DNA from: a virus
Lineage: Duplodnaviria; Caudoviricetes
Reading direction: 5' to 3' (one strand)
Virus record (IMG/VR): IMGVR_UViG_3300037493_001856
Span: 1-62,362 of that record
DNA: 62,362 nt
The notes beneath the pieces were generated by a model. The model searched no databases and was not told the origin of the DNA. It was given only the letters and a program-made list of their open reading frames with translations. A program made the position numbers and the translations under genes. Below are positions 33,612-42,214 of the stretch, in pieces; position 1 is the stretch's first letter, and every line of letters begins with the position of its first letter.

Positions 33612-33667
33612 TCCTAACCCTTCATTCAACCCGGACGCCTTCGGCGCCGGTTAATTCCACGTTAGAC
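33612..33667 (+). mobile_element. attC site 7
   Basis: TCCTAAC..ATT[C]AAC[C]CGG[A]CGCC-ttc-GGCGCCGGTTAAT..GTTAGAC. Confidence 0.92.
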
Positions 33668-33835
33668 ATCTATGAACACGACCCACTTCGGTTCTGACGC
33701 GGGCTTACGGTAGTGCGTTGCCTGCACATCTTCGGCATCATTCCAGTCGCCAGCCTCGTTGCGCACTTCAACCCTCGCATCCCCGTAGTCGGCGCGCATC
33801 TTCTCCAGCTTGGCGATCAATTCGTTTATGGTCAT
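33662..33835 (-). CDS. Hypothetical protein flanking the array
   Basis: MTINELIAKLE...YGD; stop TAA lies in the GTTAGAC core. Confidence 0.6.
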   Translation of the reverse strand: MTINELIAKLEKMRADYGDARVEVRNEAGDWNDAEDVQATHYRKPASEPKWVVFIDV

Positions 33836-33837
33836 CT

Positions 33838-33996
33838 TCAAATCTCCACAGGGTAGTCTGCCAGCCACGCCAGCCGCGCCCACTCATCACGATGCCGAGC
33901 GAGATAGGCTACATGGTCAGGGTTACGTCCGGTGTTCCGTGCGAAATCGCAGTCCCACCTTGTCAGCCAGTGCATGACACGGTAGAAGTGTTTCAT
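33838..33996 (-). CDS. Hypothetical protein
   Basis: Coupled small ORF with purine-rich RBS. Confidence 0.5.
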   Translation of the reverse strand: MKHFYRVMHWLTRWDCDFARNTGRNPDHVAYLARHRDEWARLAWLADYPVEI

Positions 33997-34235
33997 TTCC
34001 TTCCCTCCTTCACGGCGAGATACTTCCAATACGCTCGGCCCTGCGTTCCCATGATGTAGGTGCACTCGTCAGCGGTGCTGTACACAGGCGTCATGCCCAT
34101 CACCTTGGCGCAGACCTTGGGTGCTTGTGTGGAGCGTTCTTCCCCTATCCATAGCCCTGAGACGAAACAGGCAATAGACCAGCAGAGAAAAAACACGATG
34201 ACATCGGGGTAGAAGGCTTTACGGTTTGGGTTCAT
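33993..34235 (-). CDS. Small membrane protein
   Basis: One hydrophobic segment; ATGA coupling. Confidence 0.55.
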   Translation of the reverse strand: MNPNRKAFYPDVIVFFLCWSIACFVSGLWIGEERSTQAPKVCAKVMGMTPVYSTADECTYIMGTQGRAYWKYLAVKEGRK

Positions 34236-34441
34236 CCCCGCACCCACAACTCACGCCTAGCAGCGATAAACCCAGCGTTTTTAAGTTGCGCCGCTGTTAC
34301 GGTAGGCCGAGGGGTTTTCTTGGTGTGTCCCGGCAGGACGAACTCATCTTGATTATGGTACGACGGGACGATGGTTAAGTTGCCCTTTACATAAACGGTG
34401 CAAGGGGCTGTCGGGGCTTCGTTAAAGTCTGCTGCTTTCAT
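34232..34441 (-). CDS. Hypothetical protein
   Basis: ATGA coupling. Confidence 0.55.
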   Translation of the reverse strand: MKAADFNEAPTAPCTVYVKGNLTIVPSYHNQDEFVLPGHTKKTPRPTVTAAQLKNAGFIAARRELWVRG

Positions 34442-34614
34442 TTCGTTTTCCTTTCGATTGGTTTGTCATTAACCTTCTTTGCCATTGCAAGCCTGTGGTG
34501 CTCGGGGCAGAGAACCCCTCCGCCGTTGCTGTACTGCCCGATGCGGTGGCATCGCTTACCTGATTGCGTCTTGGCAGTGCATTGCATCCGGTCTTGTTCG
34601 TAGGAGTGATTCAT
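34438..34614 (-). CDS. Small Cys/His zinc-finger-like protein
   Basis: CTAKT.SGKRC...C.EH. Confidence 0.55.
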   Translation of the reverse strand: MNHSYEQDRMQCTAKTQSGKRCHRIGQYSNGGGVLCPEHHRLAMAKKVNDKPIERKTK

Positions 34615-34808
34615 ACACACCCCTTCCGCAAGAGACTCTCCCTCATGTACTGGAGCTTGGCCTGCATGTTGTGCAGTTCATCTTCAGCATATTGTCTCTC
34701 AACCCTTGCCCCCGCCTCACGGCGACGTTGCCTTGCGACGAACAGCTTGTATGAATCCACGGCTTGCGAGTACGCGATGATCTCTGCTTGCTCTTGTGGG
34801 ATGGTCAT
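34611..34808 (-). CDS. Hypothetical protein
   Basis: Coupled ORF. Confidence 0.5.
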   Translation of the reverse strand: MTIPQEQAEIIAYSQAVDSYKLFVARQRRREAGARVERQYAEDELHNMQAKLQYMRESLLRKGCV

Positions 34809-35008
34809 TTCCTGCTCTCCCATTCCCTGTCGTACTCGCGCTCACGCGCCAGATCGTTCTCGTAGTCAGCCTTGGCACACTGGTTCTCGTACCAATCCTC
34901 ACCATCGGACTCAACACCCGTACCCCGGCAAGATGAGCATCGAGAACCATCGTACATACCCTCGCCTGAACCGTTGCAGGTGGGGCAGAGTGGTTCGTCG
35001 TCGGTCAT
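34805..35008 (-). CDS. DnaJ-type zinc-finger small protein
   Basis: CPTCNGSG...CSSCRGTG. Confidence 0.7.
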   Translation of the reverse strand: MTDDEPLCPTCNGSGEGMYDGSRCSSCRGTGVESDGEDWYENQCAKADYENDLAREREYDREWESRK

Positions 35009-35137
35009 TTCAGTACCTCCATCGCATCAGCATACGCCTTGCATTTCATCGGGTCTTTCTGGAACTGCCGGGATAACTCGGCATATGCGACGAGTAGTGC
35101 TTTAAGTATGTTGCGCATTGTGTATCTCCTTGGGTGA

Positions 35138-35166
35138 ATAGTACGCATGTCTCACCCTGATGTCAA
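35138..35166 (-). promoter_or_regulatory. Sigma70-like promoter TTGACA-17-TACTAT driving the small-ORF/cassette operon
   Basis: Near-consensus; followed by RBS AAGGAG and ATG at 35118. Confidence 0.7.
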
Positions 35167-35204
35167 GCAAGACATGCGTGGAACTCGTTGTGAGATTCTC
35201 ACAG

Positions 35205-36056
35205 TCAGCCGCAAAGACCTTGCATCTGACGCAAAATCTCGTTGGTCTTGTCGATCACCGACGTGCGCAGGGCATCGTCCTTCTTGATGTCCTTCATCTC
35301 CAACCCGTTGGTCAGCTTGCGAATCTCCGACCGCATGGTGTCAATGCCAGCGTCATTGGTGATGTTCAGGCCGGGGAGCCTGTCGAGCAGGTCGACGATG
35401 TTGTCCAGTGCGGAGTCAACCAGCTTGCCGTCAGACTGCAGCCGGTCGCGCAGGTGGGAGACAGTACCCACAAGCTCCGTCCAAACAGACTCGACCATGC
35501 CCTGCACGCGAGAGTTGAGTGATGCTTCGATCTCCTGCCGCACCTCGTCGACGACATCGTCACCCATCTCCACACGGAAATCTCCGGCGACAGGCAGAGG
35601 CATGACGGTGAAGTCCATGTAGAACTTCTCGCGAATCTCCCACGACTGCGGGTAGTCGGCCTCGTTGAACAGCGAGTTCAGCCGCAGCTTGGCGCGGTCG
35701 CGGTGCATGTCGTAGTCACGGCAGAACACATCGACAGCATTCTTGAATTCAACCTTAAGTTCCCGCAAGCGATCCATCACGGTGAAGTAGTTGAGCGACG
35801 AGAGCACGCGGTCGCCGTTGTCCGACCACGGCAGGGTGTGCTGGTAGAAGAACCTGCGCGCAGCCCCGACGATCTGCACCATCGGCAGCAGGGAGTTTTT
35901 GTCAATGATCTGCTTGTTAAACCGTCCGGCATCAGACGCGGCGGCATGGTTCACCGTTACCTCCTGCGTGGCGGACTTGTCCAGCTTGCGTGCAGTCCAC
36001 TGGCCGATCTTGAGCGAGACCAGCATGGCTCGCGATGCGATGTTTTCAGTTGTCAT
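35205..36056 (-). CDS. DUF3150-like phage protein
   Basis: AMLVSL.I..WTARKLDK, TLPW.D.G.R, LFN..DYP, LNITND; co-occurs with MoxR/VWA. Confidence 0.6.
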   Translation of the reverse strand: MTTENIASRAMLVSLKIGQWTARKLDKSATQEVTVNHAAASDAGRFNKQIIDKNSLLPMVQIVGAARRFFYQHTLPWSDNGDRVLSSLNYFTVMDRLRELKVEFKNAVDVFCRDYDMHRDRAKLRLNSLFNEADYPQSWEIREKFYMDFTVMPLPVAGDFRVEMGDDVVDEVRQEIEASLNSRVQGMVESVWTELVGTVSHLRDRLQSDGKLVDSALDNIVDLLDRLPGLNITNDAGIDTMRSEIRKLTNGLEMKDIKKDDALRTSVIDKTNEILRQMQGLCG

Positions 36057-36258
36057 TTTGATTCCCCTGATTGAGGGCTATCAGCAGTCCGAACTTGGCT
36101 GCTTCAAGCGATTGAAATGGTCCTACGCGTTCATCGCCTACAGGCTCGACCCACCACGGCGGCGGGCTTCGCGCATCTATGTACATAAATGGCGTCGGCA
36201 GATTGCCGTTGACGATCACCGTGATCAACCCGTCGTTCTCCGAAAACACATAACTCAT
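36046..36258 (-). CDS. Hypothetical protein
   Basis: ATGA-coupled 70-aa ORF. Confidence 0.5.
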   Translation of the reverse strand: MSYVFSENDGLITVIVNGNLPTPFMYIDARSPPPWWVEPVGDERVGPFQSLEAAKFGLLIALNQGNQNDN

Positions 36259-37046
36259 GGGTGGTACTCCAAGTAAGGGGATTCGTACTGGTCGGCGCAG
36301 GCGAACGAGATCAGTTCCTTGAGGTCGTCGCGCACGCAGTTGTTTGCAATCGTCCGGCATACCTGCGCAGTTCTCTCCAGATCGTCGGTCGCCGCAGCAG
36401 ACAGGCGCTGCTGTGAGATTCTCACAACCGACTCGATATCCACAACATCGGGAGACAACGCCAGCTCGCGCAGCAACGTCGTGATCGACAGGTGTGATCC
36501 GATGGAGGACATCATCGATATGCGTACCTTGGCCTCGTTGACGAGACGCTTCCACCGAGGCATGAACTCTTTGACCCGCTTGCGGTTGATGACGCTGTAG
36601 CGAATCCGCTCCTCCTTCTCTTTTGCAGGCGGGCTGTCCGGCGAGGCATAGGTTACCCTCCCTGCTACGAGCGCAACACCGTGCTCACGATCACACCACA
36701 ACACCGGGTTATCGACGATACGGGACACCGGCACCTTCTGCTTGGTGTGCGGGCAGAACAGCTTACCTACAAACTCCTTGGCAAGGTCGAAATCAACGCC
36801 GAGCAGGCAGCGAATGTCATGCCTCCAGTCAGTGTCACGACCACCGTAACCACTCACGAACAGCGTGCCGTGAGGAGCGACGATTACTTCGCCGGCAGGT
36901 CCGACACTTGTCGCAAACGAGACTAGCGTACCGTTGTTGCGGACTGTCGCCGTTTTGTCGGTGTGTATCTGGAAATAGCCAGCTACATTCGTATCAGGCA
37001 GCTGTCGCCATGCGCTGTCCATGTACTGCGGGTGCTTGAGTTTCAT
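36255..37046 (-). CDS. Hypothetical protein
   Basis: RBS GGAGG; ATGA coupling. Confidence 0.6.
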   Translation of the reverse strand: MKLKHPQYMDSAWRQLPDTNVAGYFQIHTDKTATVRNNGTLVSFATSVGPAGEVIVAPHGTLFVSGYGGRDTDWRHDIRCLLGVDFDLAKEFVGKLFCPHTKQKVPVSRIVDNPVLWCDREHGVALVAGRVTYASPDSPPAKEKEERIRYSVINRKRVKEFMPRWKRLVNEAKVRISMMSSIGSHLSITTLLRELALSPDVVDIESVVRISQQRLSAAATDDLERTAQVCRTIANNCVRDDLKELISFACADQYESPYLEYHP

Positions 37047-37633
37047 ACCAAGTCCTCCATCATCTTGGTCATGGCGTTCTGCATGAAGCTGTGGTCGCAG
37101 AGCGTGTAAATATCCCGTCCACTGAGCTTGTCCTTCGGCATCTTGCCGCGCAGGTACTCCTTGCACTTGGCCGAGAGCACAGGCTCAGGCTTCCACACCT
37201 GCATCTCCAGACGCATACGGTCAGGCGGGGTCATGTCGGCCAGCGTCACATCTTGCTGGCGTAGCCACACATCGGACTGGAACTTCGCGACGTTGGCCGG
37301 CACGATGTACGTCCGGCTTGAGTCAAGCTCCACCTTGTTGTCTTGTATCGGGCCGTCATTTACCCAGATATGCCCTTTGTAGGTGTGTGTGTACATCCGG
37401 GTGAGGGTGTTGATGATCTTGACCGACGACGGGGTGTGCCATCCGTTGATCGTCACCGTCAGGCTGTTGTCGGGGCGCAGCGTGCCGACTCGCGTGCTGT
37501 ATGCCTTGAGGAGAATATCCTCGCCGGACATCGTCGCCCATATCTCGGGACGTTTGTTCACCTTGAGCTCGTTCTTGCGCCCTCGGTTCTTGGTCGTGAT
37601 GGTCTCACGCAGACTTGTGTACCTTAGTAGCAT
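37043..37633 (-). CDS. Hypothetical protein
   Basis: RBS AAGGAG. Confidence 0.6.
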   Translation of the reverse strand: MLLRYTSLRETITTKNRGRKNELKVNKRPEIWATMSGEDILLKAYSTRVGTLRPDNSLTVTINGWHTPSSVKIINTLTRMYTHTYKGHIWVNDGPIQDNKVELDSSRTYIVPANVAKFQSDVWLRQQDVTLADMTPPDRMRLEMQVWKPEPVLSAKCKEYLRGKMPKDKLSGRDIYTLCDHSFMQNAMTKMMEDLV

Positions 37634-37694
37634 GGTTCTACTCCTTGATTGAGCGCAGCTGATCCGCAGCTGCCACGGTGTTACTGTGAGAAAC

Positions 37695-38351
37695 TCACAG
37701 CTTGATGTTGTCGCCGAACGGACACTCGTCGGCGGTTGTTACGGTGATGTGCGGAGCCACCCGCTCCTCGAACACCCCTTTCTTGACCCACTTGTTTATC
37801 GTTGATGGGCAAACCCCTGCGAGCCGCGCCCATCCTGTAAGGTGATGTGTTGTACCTTGCACTGTCAGCCAGCGGTTCTGCCGCGGGTTTGCCCCTTGCT
37901 CGAGCGGTGTAGCCCACCGACAGTTGTCGGGTGAGTACGGGCCGTTGTTGTCCCGCCGGTCAAGCGACTTCCCTTCCGGCTTGAGCCCCATGTCACCCAA
38001 GAAGTTGGAGAACGTCCGCCACCTGTCACACACGGTAATCCCGCGACCTCCATACTTTGGGTATGCCTTGTCGTTCGGGTTCGTACAGCGTTGAGTCATC
38101 GCCTTCCAGATGCGATGCTCCGGCGTATTGCAAGCCCCGTGGACAATCTGGTGGTATGGCTCAAACCCTACGTACTGCCCACACCCACAGGACTTGGTGT
38201 TCCCAGACCGGAGCCGCCCTGTGGTGACGACAGTGACCTGCCCACAATCACAGGCGCACTCCCACGCAACGTTCCGCCCTTCGTGCACCCCTTGGCGGGT
38301 CACAACCAGCCGCCCAAACCGCCGACCGATCAAACACTTTTTCGCAGGCAT
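37695..38351 (-). CDS. HNH homing endonuclease
   Basis: GRRFGRL.V, C.CDCG, KSCGC, W..M..RC, YGGRGI.VC.RW, SLDR.DNNG.YSP.NCRWAT. Confidence 0.85.
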   Translation of the reverse strand: MPAKKCLIGRRFGRLVVTRQGVHEGRNVAWECACDCGQVTVVTTGRLRSGNTKSCGCGQYVGFEPYHQIVHGACNTPEHRIWKAMTQRCTNPNDKAYPKYGGRGITVCDRWRTFSNFLGDMGLKPEGKSLDRRDNNGPYSPDNCRWATPLEQGANPRQNRWLTVQGTTHHLTGWARLAGVCPSTINKWVKKGVFEERVAPHITVTTADECPFGDNIKL

Positions 38352-39463
38352 TAGTCCATCCTTATAACGTCCCCCCACGGAGGTATGACATCGGTCGTGA
38401 GGCACCATATCACCGGAAACTCAGGCGGCTCGGGGTCGTAGGGGGTTTCGCCGTCCGAGAGCCATATCATAACAACAGGTAGTGTATCACACTCACCGGC
38501 GAGCTTTGTAGCTGGCCTCAAGTCCGTACCACCACCCCCATGTACGTCAGCCTTGAGCTTCTCGCCATCTGCGTAATGGTCGACCGCCGTCACGCGCGCA
38601 TCGCACTGGATCACGGTCACGCACTCGGGCTTGCACTCGTCGCATATCGACTGGACCTCGTCGAGAAACTCTCCGACGCGGGCGACGATACTTCCGCTTG
38701 TGTCGATACCCACCACCACGCGCCCCATGCCGGGGTTGTGCAGAGCCGGCAGGTACATGCCCTGTGCCAAGAACCTGCGCTGCCCACGGTTCCACGACTG
38801 GTCGTTCTTCAAGACCTGAGTCATGTACCGGCGCAACTCCTCCCGCCAGTCGACCTTGGGTGCGAGTGCCTGCTCGACCAGACCTGCGAGAGACGCGGGG
38901 AGTGCCCCTTGAGCTTTGGCTTGGTTCGCGGCTTGCGTTATGCGTACCTTCGCCTCCGCCTCGGACTGCTGCCTCTCCTGCTCGTTACCGGGGGCGTCCA
39001 TGCAGTCATCGAACTGGTCGCCGTCACCTTGACCTGAACCTTGGCCGTCGTCGGGCGGCGGGTCGGGGAGCTTGTTATAGATTTCCTCGAACGCCTGCCC
39101 CTTGTACTGCGTACCATCGAGCCCCTCGGGCGGGAGCGAGAACCCTGCCTCGGCGATGATCGGATTGATCGCCAAGTCCATCGCTTGATTCGCCTTCTTG
39201 TGATTGCGCGAGCCCTTCCGCCACGGGTGCAGCATGGCAACGTGCATGACCTCGTGCACAAGAACTCCGCAGACTTCCTCAACAGACCATCGCGTGATCG
39301 CGTCGGGGTGGACGAACACAGACTTGCCGTTGGTAGCGGCAGTCGGCGGCTTGAGGCTAGCGTCTATCTTCAGGTCCATGCCCAGCAGGACAGATGCGAA
39401 GAACGGTGACCTCATGACCACGCGGGTCCGGGCCTTGGCCAGCTTGTCGTTAACGATGCTCAT
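38351..39463 (-). CDS. DUF2201 metallopeptidase + VWA-like protein
   Basis: TAATNG, HEVMH, DTSGS (MIDAS), GGGGTD, SDG. Confidence 0.85.
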   Translation of the reverse strand: MSIVNDKLAKARTRVVMRSPFFASVLLGMDLKIDASLKPPTAATNGKSVFVHPDAITRWSVEEVCGVLVHEVMHVAMLHPWRKGSRNHKKANQAMDLAINPIIAEAGFSLPPEGLDGTQYKGQAFEEIYNKLPDPPPDDGQGSGQGDGDQFDDCMDAPGNEQERQQSEAEAKVRITQAANQAKAQGALPASLAGLVEQALAPKVDWREELRRYMTQVLKNDQSWNRGQRRFLAQGMYLPALHNPGMGRVVVGIDTSGSIVARVGEFLDEVQSICDECKPECVTVIQCDARVTAVDHYADGEKLKADVHGGGGTDLRPATKLAGECDTLPVVMIWLSDGETPYDPEPPEFPVIWCLTTDVIPPWGDVIRMD

Positions 39464-39594
39464 TCTTTTCTCCTTAAGTTCACCTGCAGTTCATCGGCCA
39501 GCTTCATCAGCCGGGTCTCGGTTCTCGCCGCGCGGGACTGGATATCCTTGAGCCTTGTGAGAATCTCACAGAGGATTTCGTAGATGATGTTCAT
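39460..39594 (-). CDS. Small hypothetical protein
   Basis: RBS AGGAG; contains one palindrome copy (CEILT). Confidence 0.5.
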   Translation of the reverse strand: MNIIYEILCEILTRLKDIQSRAARTETRLMKLADELQVNLRRKE

Positions 39595-39652
39595 AAGATG
39601 CTCCTGTGATCGAGCCGGAGGCGAGTCCCATCGGTGTCGTAGAGGATGTTCA

Positions 39653-39985
39653 TCAATCCTCCTTCGCTTCGAGAAACGCGGCGTACGTTTCGGGACAGTA
39701 TCCGTCGCCGATGATCCCCCGCTTAGTTTTGACCCATGCCTTGTACTCGTCACGGCCCTTGCCGTCAGTCGGCACGTCGTCGATGAACGGCTTGTCGAGC
39801 GGGCTTACCTGCGCATCCATGCGTGTCGGGATATACGCGCCTTGGTCCTCCTCGACCTTGACCGCACCGGACTCGATCATCAGGGCCATGATCTCCGTGG
39901 CCGTCCTTACCGGCAGGACGTACTTGCCCCAGTACCCGAGGTGCAGGAGGACGAGGTTTTGTGAGATTCTCACAGGCTTGGCCAT
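39653..39985 (-). CDS. Hypothetical protein
   Basis: RBS GGAGG; contains one palindrome copy (VRISQ). Confidence 0.6.
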   Translation of the reverse strand: MAKPVRISQNLVLLHLGYWGKYVLPVRTATEIMALMIESGAVKVEEDQGAYIPTRMDAQVSPLDKPFIDDVPTDGKGRDEYKAWVKTKRGIIGDGYCPETYAAFLEAKED

Positions 39986-39987
39986 GA

Positions 39988-41004
39988 TCAGTCCTCCCAC
40001 ACATCAGCGTGGTCGACGGCGTAGCGGTTGAACGCCTTCGTGAGCTGGAGGGATTGCGTGCGACGTACCGCGTCCTTGACCAGCATCATGCCGTACTCGT
40101 TCGGCAGACGGTTCGCGTACTTCACTATGTTGTCGAAGTTACCCGTCTTGGCCCGCTGTGCGAGCGCCGCCGCCACCGCGTACTGCACGTCGACCTCGGT
40201 CGGTATCGGCGCGCTGTCAGGGTTCATTATGATCCCGTCGATATTCGGCATCCTCTCCCATGTGCGCATGAACGCCTCGACCTCCGCCGCCGGCCCCTCA
40301 CCCACGGTTCCGGCGATCATCGCGTACCGTACTGCTATCGGCACGTTCTGGCTCACGATCTCGCAGACGGTTTCCCATGAGCGCGGAGTGGCGAACGCCA
40401 CGTCCCCCTTGGCCGGGTCGAACGTGTTCAGCAGATCAGGTTTCAGGCGCAGGAACGCTATCGGCAGCGGGTTCAGGTCCTTGCCCCATGCCCACTTGCA
40501 CCACGGGTCCAGCTCGGCGATCAGCTCCACGTGCATGAGCCGGTTGGCCAACGGTGTCGCCATCTTGTTAGCACCACCACGGTCAGTCTGCCTGTTGCTC
40601 GCCATGATTACCCTGACGTTCGACATGAGCTTATGTTCACCAACGGCGCGGTCGAGGACCAGCTGGAACGCGACGGACTGAACCGCCGGCAGGGCCTGCA
40701 TCGCCTCATCGAGGAACAGGTAGATCGGGCGGCTCGGGTCGAACGCAGAGTTTCCCTCGAACGGCAGCACCGCCGGCGGGTTCCACACCGTGACCTCGTC
40801 GACGACGGACGGGATGCCCCTTACGTCGACCGAATCCCACATGGAGAGGCGGATATCCACCAGCTGGGCGTTATCCTCGGCAGCGATCTGCTGCATGATG
40901 CTTGACTTGCCGATACCGGGGCCTGACCAGACCATCAGGGGCTTGTTCATGTTGATGGCCGTCTTGATGGCCAGCATGGTGTTTGTTGCATTGAGTTGCA
41001 GCAT
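39988..41004 (-). CDS. MoxR-like AAA+ ATPase
   Basis: GPGIGKS, LFLDE, ASNR..D, PLANR, TPRSWE. Confidence 0.9.
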   Translation of the reverse strand: MLQLNATNTMLAIKTAINMNKPLMVWSGPGIGKSSIMQQIAAEDNAQLVDIRLSMWDSVDVRGIPSVVDEVTVWNPPAVLPFEGNSAFDPSRPIYLFLDEAMQALPAVQSVAFQLVLDRAVGEHKLMSNVRVIMASNRQTDRGGANKMATPLANRLMHVELIAELDPWCKWAWGKDLNPLPIAFLRLKPDLLNTFDPAKGDVAFATPRSWETVCEIVSQNVPIAVRYAMIAGTVGEGPAAEVEAFMRTWERMPNIDGIIMNPDSAPIPTEVDVQYAVAAALAQRAKTGNFDNIVKYANRLPNEYGMMLVKDAVRRTQSLQLTKAFNRYAVDHADVWED

Positions 41005-41074
41005 GGTGATTCTCCTAAGTAAGTGTCACGAACCCGTCGTGACTGCGGTTTGTTGCGAAGACGTTGTGAGATTC

Positions 41075-41221
41075 TCACGCCCCGAACGTGTTCTGGTTAC
41101 GCACGAGGCTGATCAGCCTGACGAAGTGCTTGGCCCAGTAACACTGTTTCACCGGGTCGGTGGTCGCCATTTCGCAGGCGAAAATCTTGCGCGCCAGATG
41201 GTTGAATTGCCGTTGCTTCAT
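41075..41221 (-). CDS. Small hypothetical protein (48 aa, not in track)
   Basis: RBS AAGGA; MKQRQFNHLARKIF... Confidence 0.45.
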   Translation of the reverse strand: MKQRQFNHLARKIFACEMATTDPVKQCYWAKHFVRLISLVRNQNTFGA

Positions 41222-41642
41222 GGTGATTCCTTTCGTTACATAAGTGCAAGCATTTGACGGTAGCCTGCGTCACCGCTTAAAGGCGCTGTGAGAACCTCAC
41301 AACGACCTTAAGCCCCAAGGGGCATCTCCCTGCCACCGTGTTTAGGCCACAGGCGTGGCCATGCACAGTCGAACCGTCGCCTCCCGGCGGGGAACAGGGT
41401 AGTATCGCTACTGCCAAGGCGACGAGTCGTCGTCGGTATGTTGTCCATCGTGGCAGCTTCTATCTCGCCTCGCCGGGGATCGCTCCTGCACCCCGTGGCC
41501 CGCCATGCACGTTTCACACATGGTAGATTGGTATGTGGCATGACTCCGGCCATCACCCTTGCTGCTCTTGCGCCCTTCGACTCGTTGTGAGTTTCTCACA
41601 GCCCTGCTTGAGGTGGTCGCGACTGCTCCACCCATTAATACT

Positions 41643-41672
41643 ATTATAGCATAGGTGGAGGGTCTGTGTCAA
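41643..41672 (-). promoter_or_regulatory. Consensus sigma70 promoter TTGACA-18-TATAAT with extended TG
   Basis: Perfect hexamers. Confidence 0.75.
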
Positions 41673-41686
41673 GTAGTTGAACGGAA

Positions 41687-42214
41687 TCAATAGCTTGGAC
41701 GTGTCCGGCGAGGCTTGCGGGGTGCAGGGTTTCCGGCCTTCTGGATCACCGTCACCTTCCACTCCTTGAAAAGCTTGTCGAACGCAAAGACCAAGGTCGT
41801 GATCGGCACAGCCTCCAACGGTTGAGGTGCCACGACTTCGAGCAGGCCACCGGGCATCCCGCTAATATAAAACTGGTTGGCGTAGGTCGGATCGTCGTCC
41901 GGATACTGCTGCATCATCGGCTTGGGTGTCCGATACCGGAACTTGCCCTTCAGGTCAGATCGCAGGCGCGACATACGAATACCTGCCATTCCATAGTTTA
42001 CATAGCTTGATATCCACTCTGCTTCTGGAACTACTTTAGCTAGTATTTCGCGAGGCTGTCCAAACAACGGGGTGGCGTGCTGGTTGGTCGTGAGTTCGTT
42101 CTCGGTGTAGGCCACGAGTTTGCTGACGGCGATGAGTTGCTTGGCCAGCCACTCCCGAGTTGAAGCCGAGGGCTTGACCGTGAATGTCGTTTCGAGGGCG
42201 TTGTAGTCGCGCAT
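41687..42214 (-). CDS. Hypothetical protein
   Basis: RBS AAGGA before ATG 42214. Confidence 0.55.
   Translation of the reverse strand: MRDYNALETTFTVKPSASTREWLAKQLIAVSKLVAYTENELTTNQHATPLFGQPREILAKVVPEAEWISSYVNYGMAGIRMSRLRSDLKGKFRYRTPKPMMQQYPDDDPTYANQFYISGMPGGLLEVVAPQPLEAVPITTLVFAFDKLFKEWKVTVIQKAGNPAPRKPRRTRPSY

Larger units (their letters stand above)
31450..33661 (+). mobile_element. Integron-like gene-cassette array without integrase (6 cassettes)
   Basis: Cassettes 31450-31773, 31774-32105, 32106-32461, 32462-33054, 33055-33398, 33399-33661, each ending in an attC-type site. Confidence 0.85.

Noticed and set aside
31704-33667. CRISPR array or Rho-independent terminators
   Set aside because: The repeats are non-identical, spaced by whole genes, lack U-tracts and carry attC core boxes and extrahelical bases
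41230-41640. tRNA or ncRNA in the leader downstream of the strong promoter
   Set aside because: Hairpins are present, but I could not build a cloverleaf or recognise a family; needs tRNAscan/Infernal
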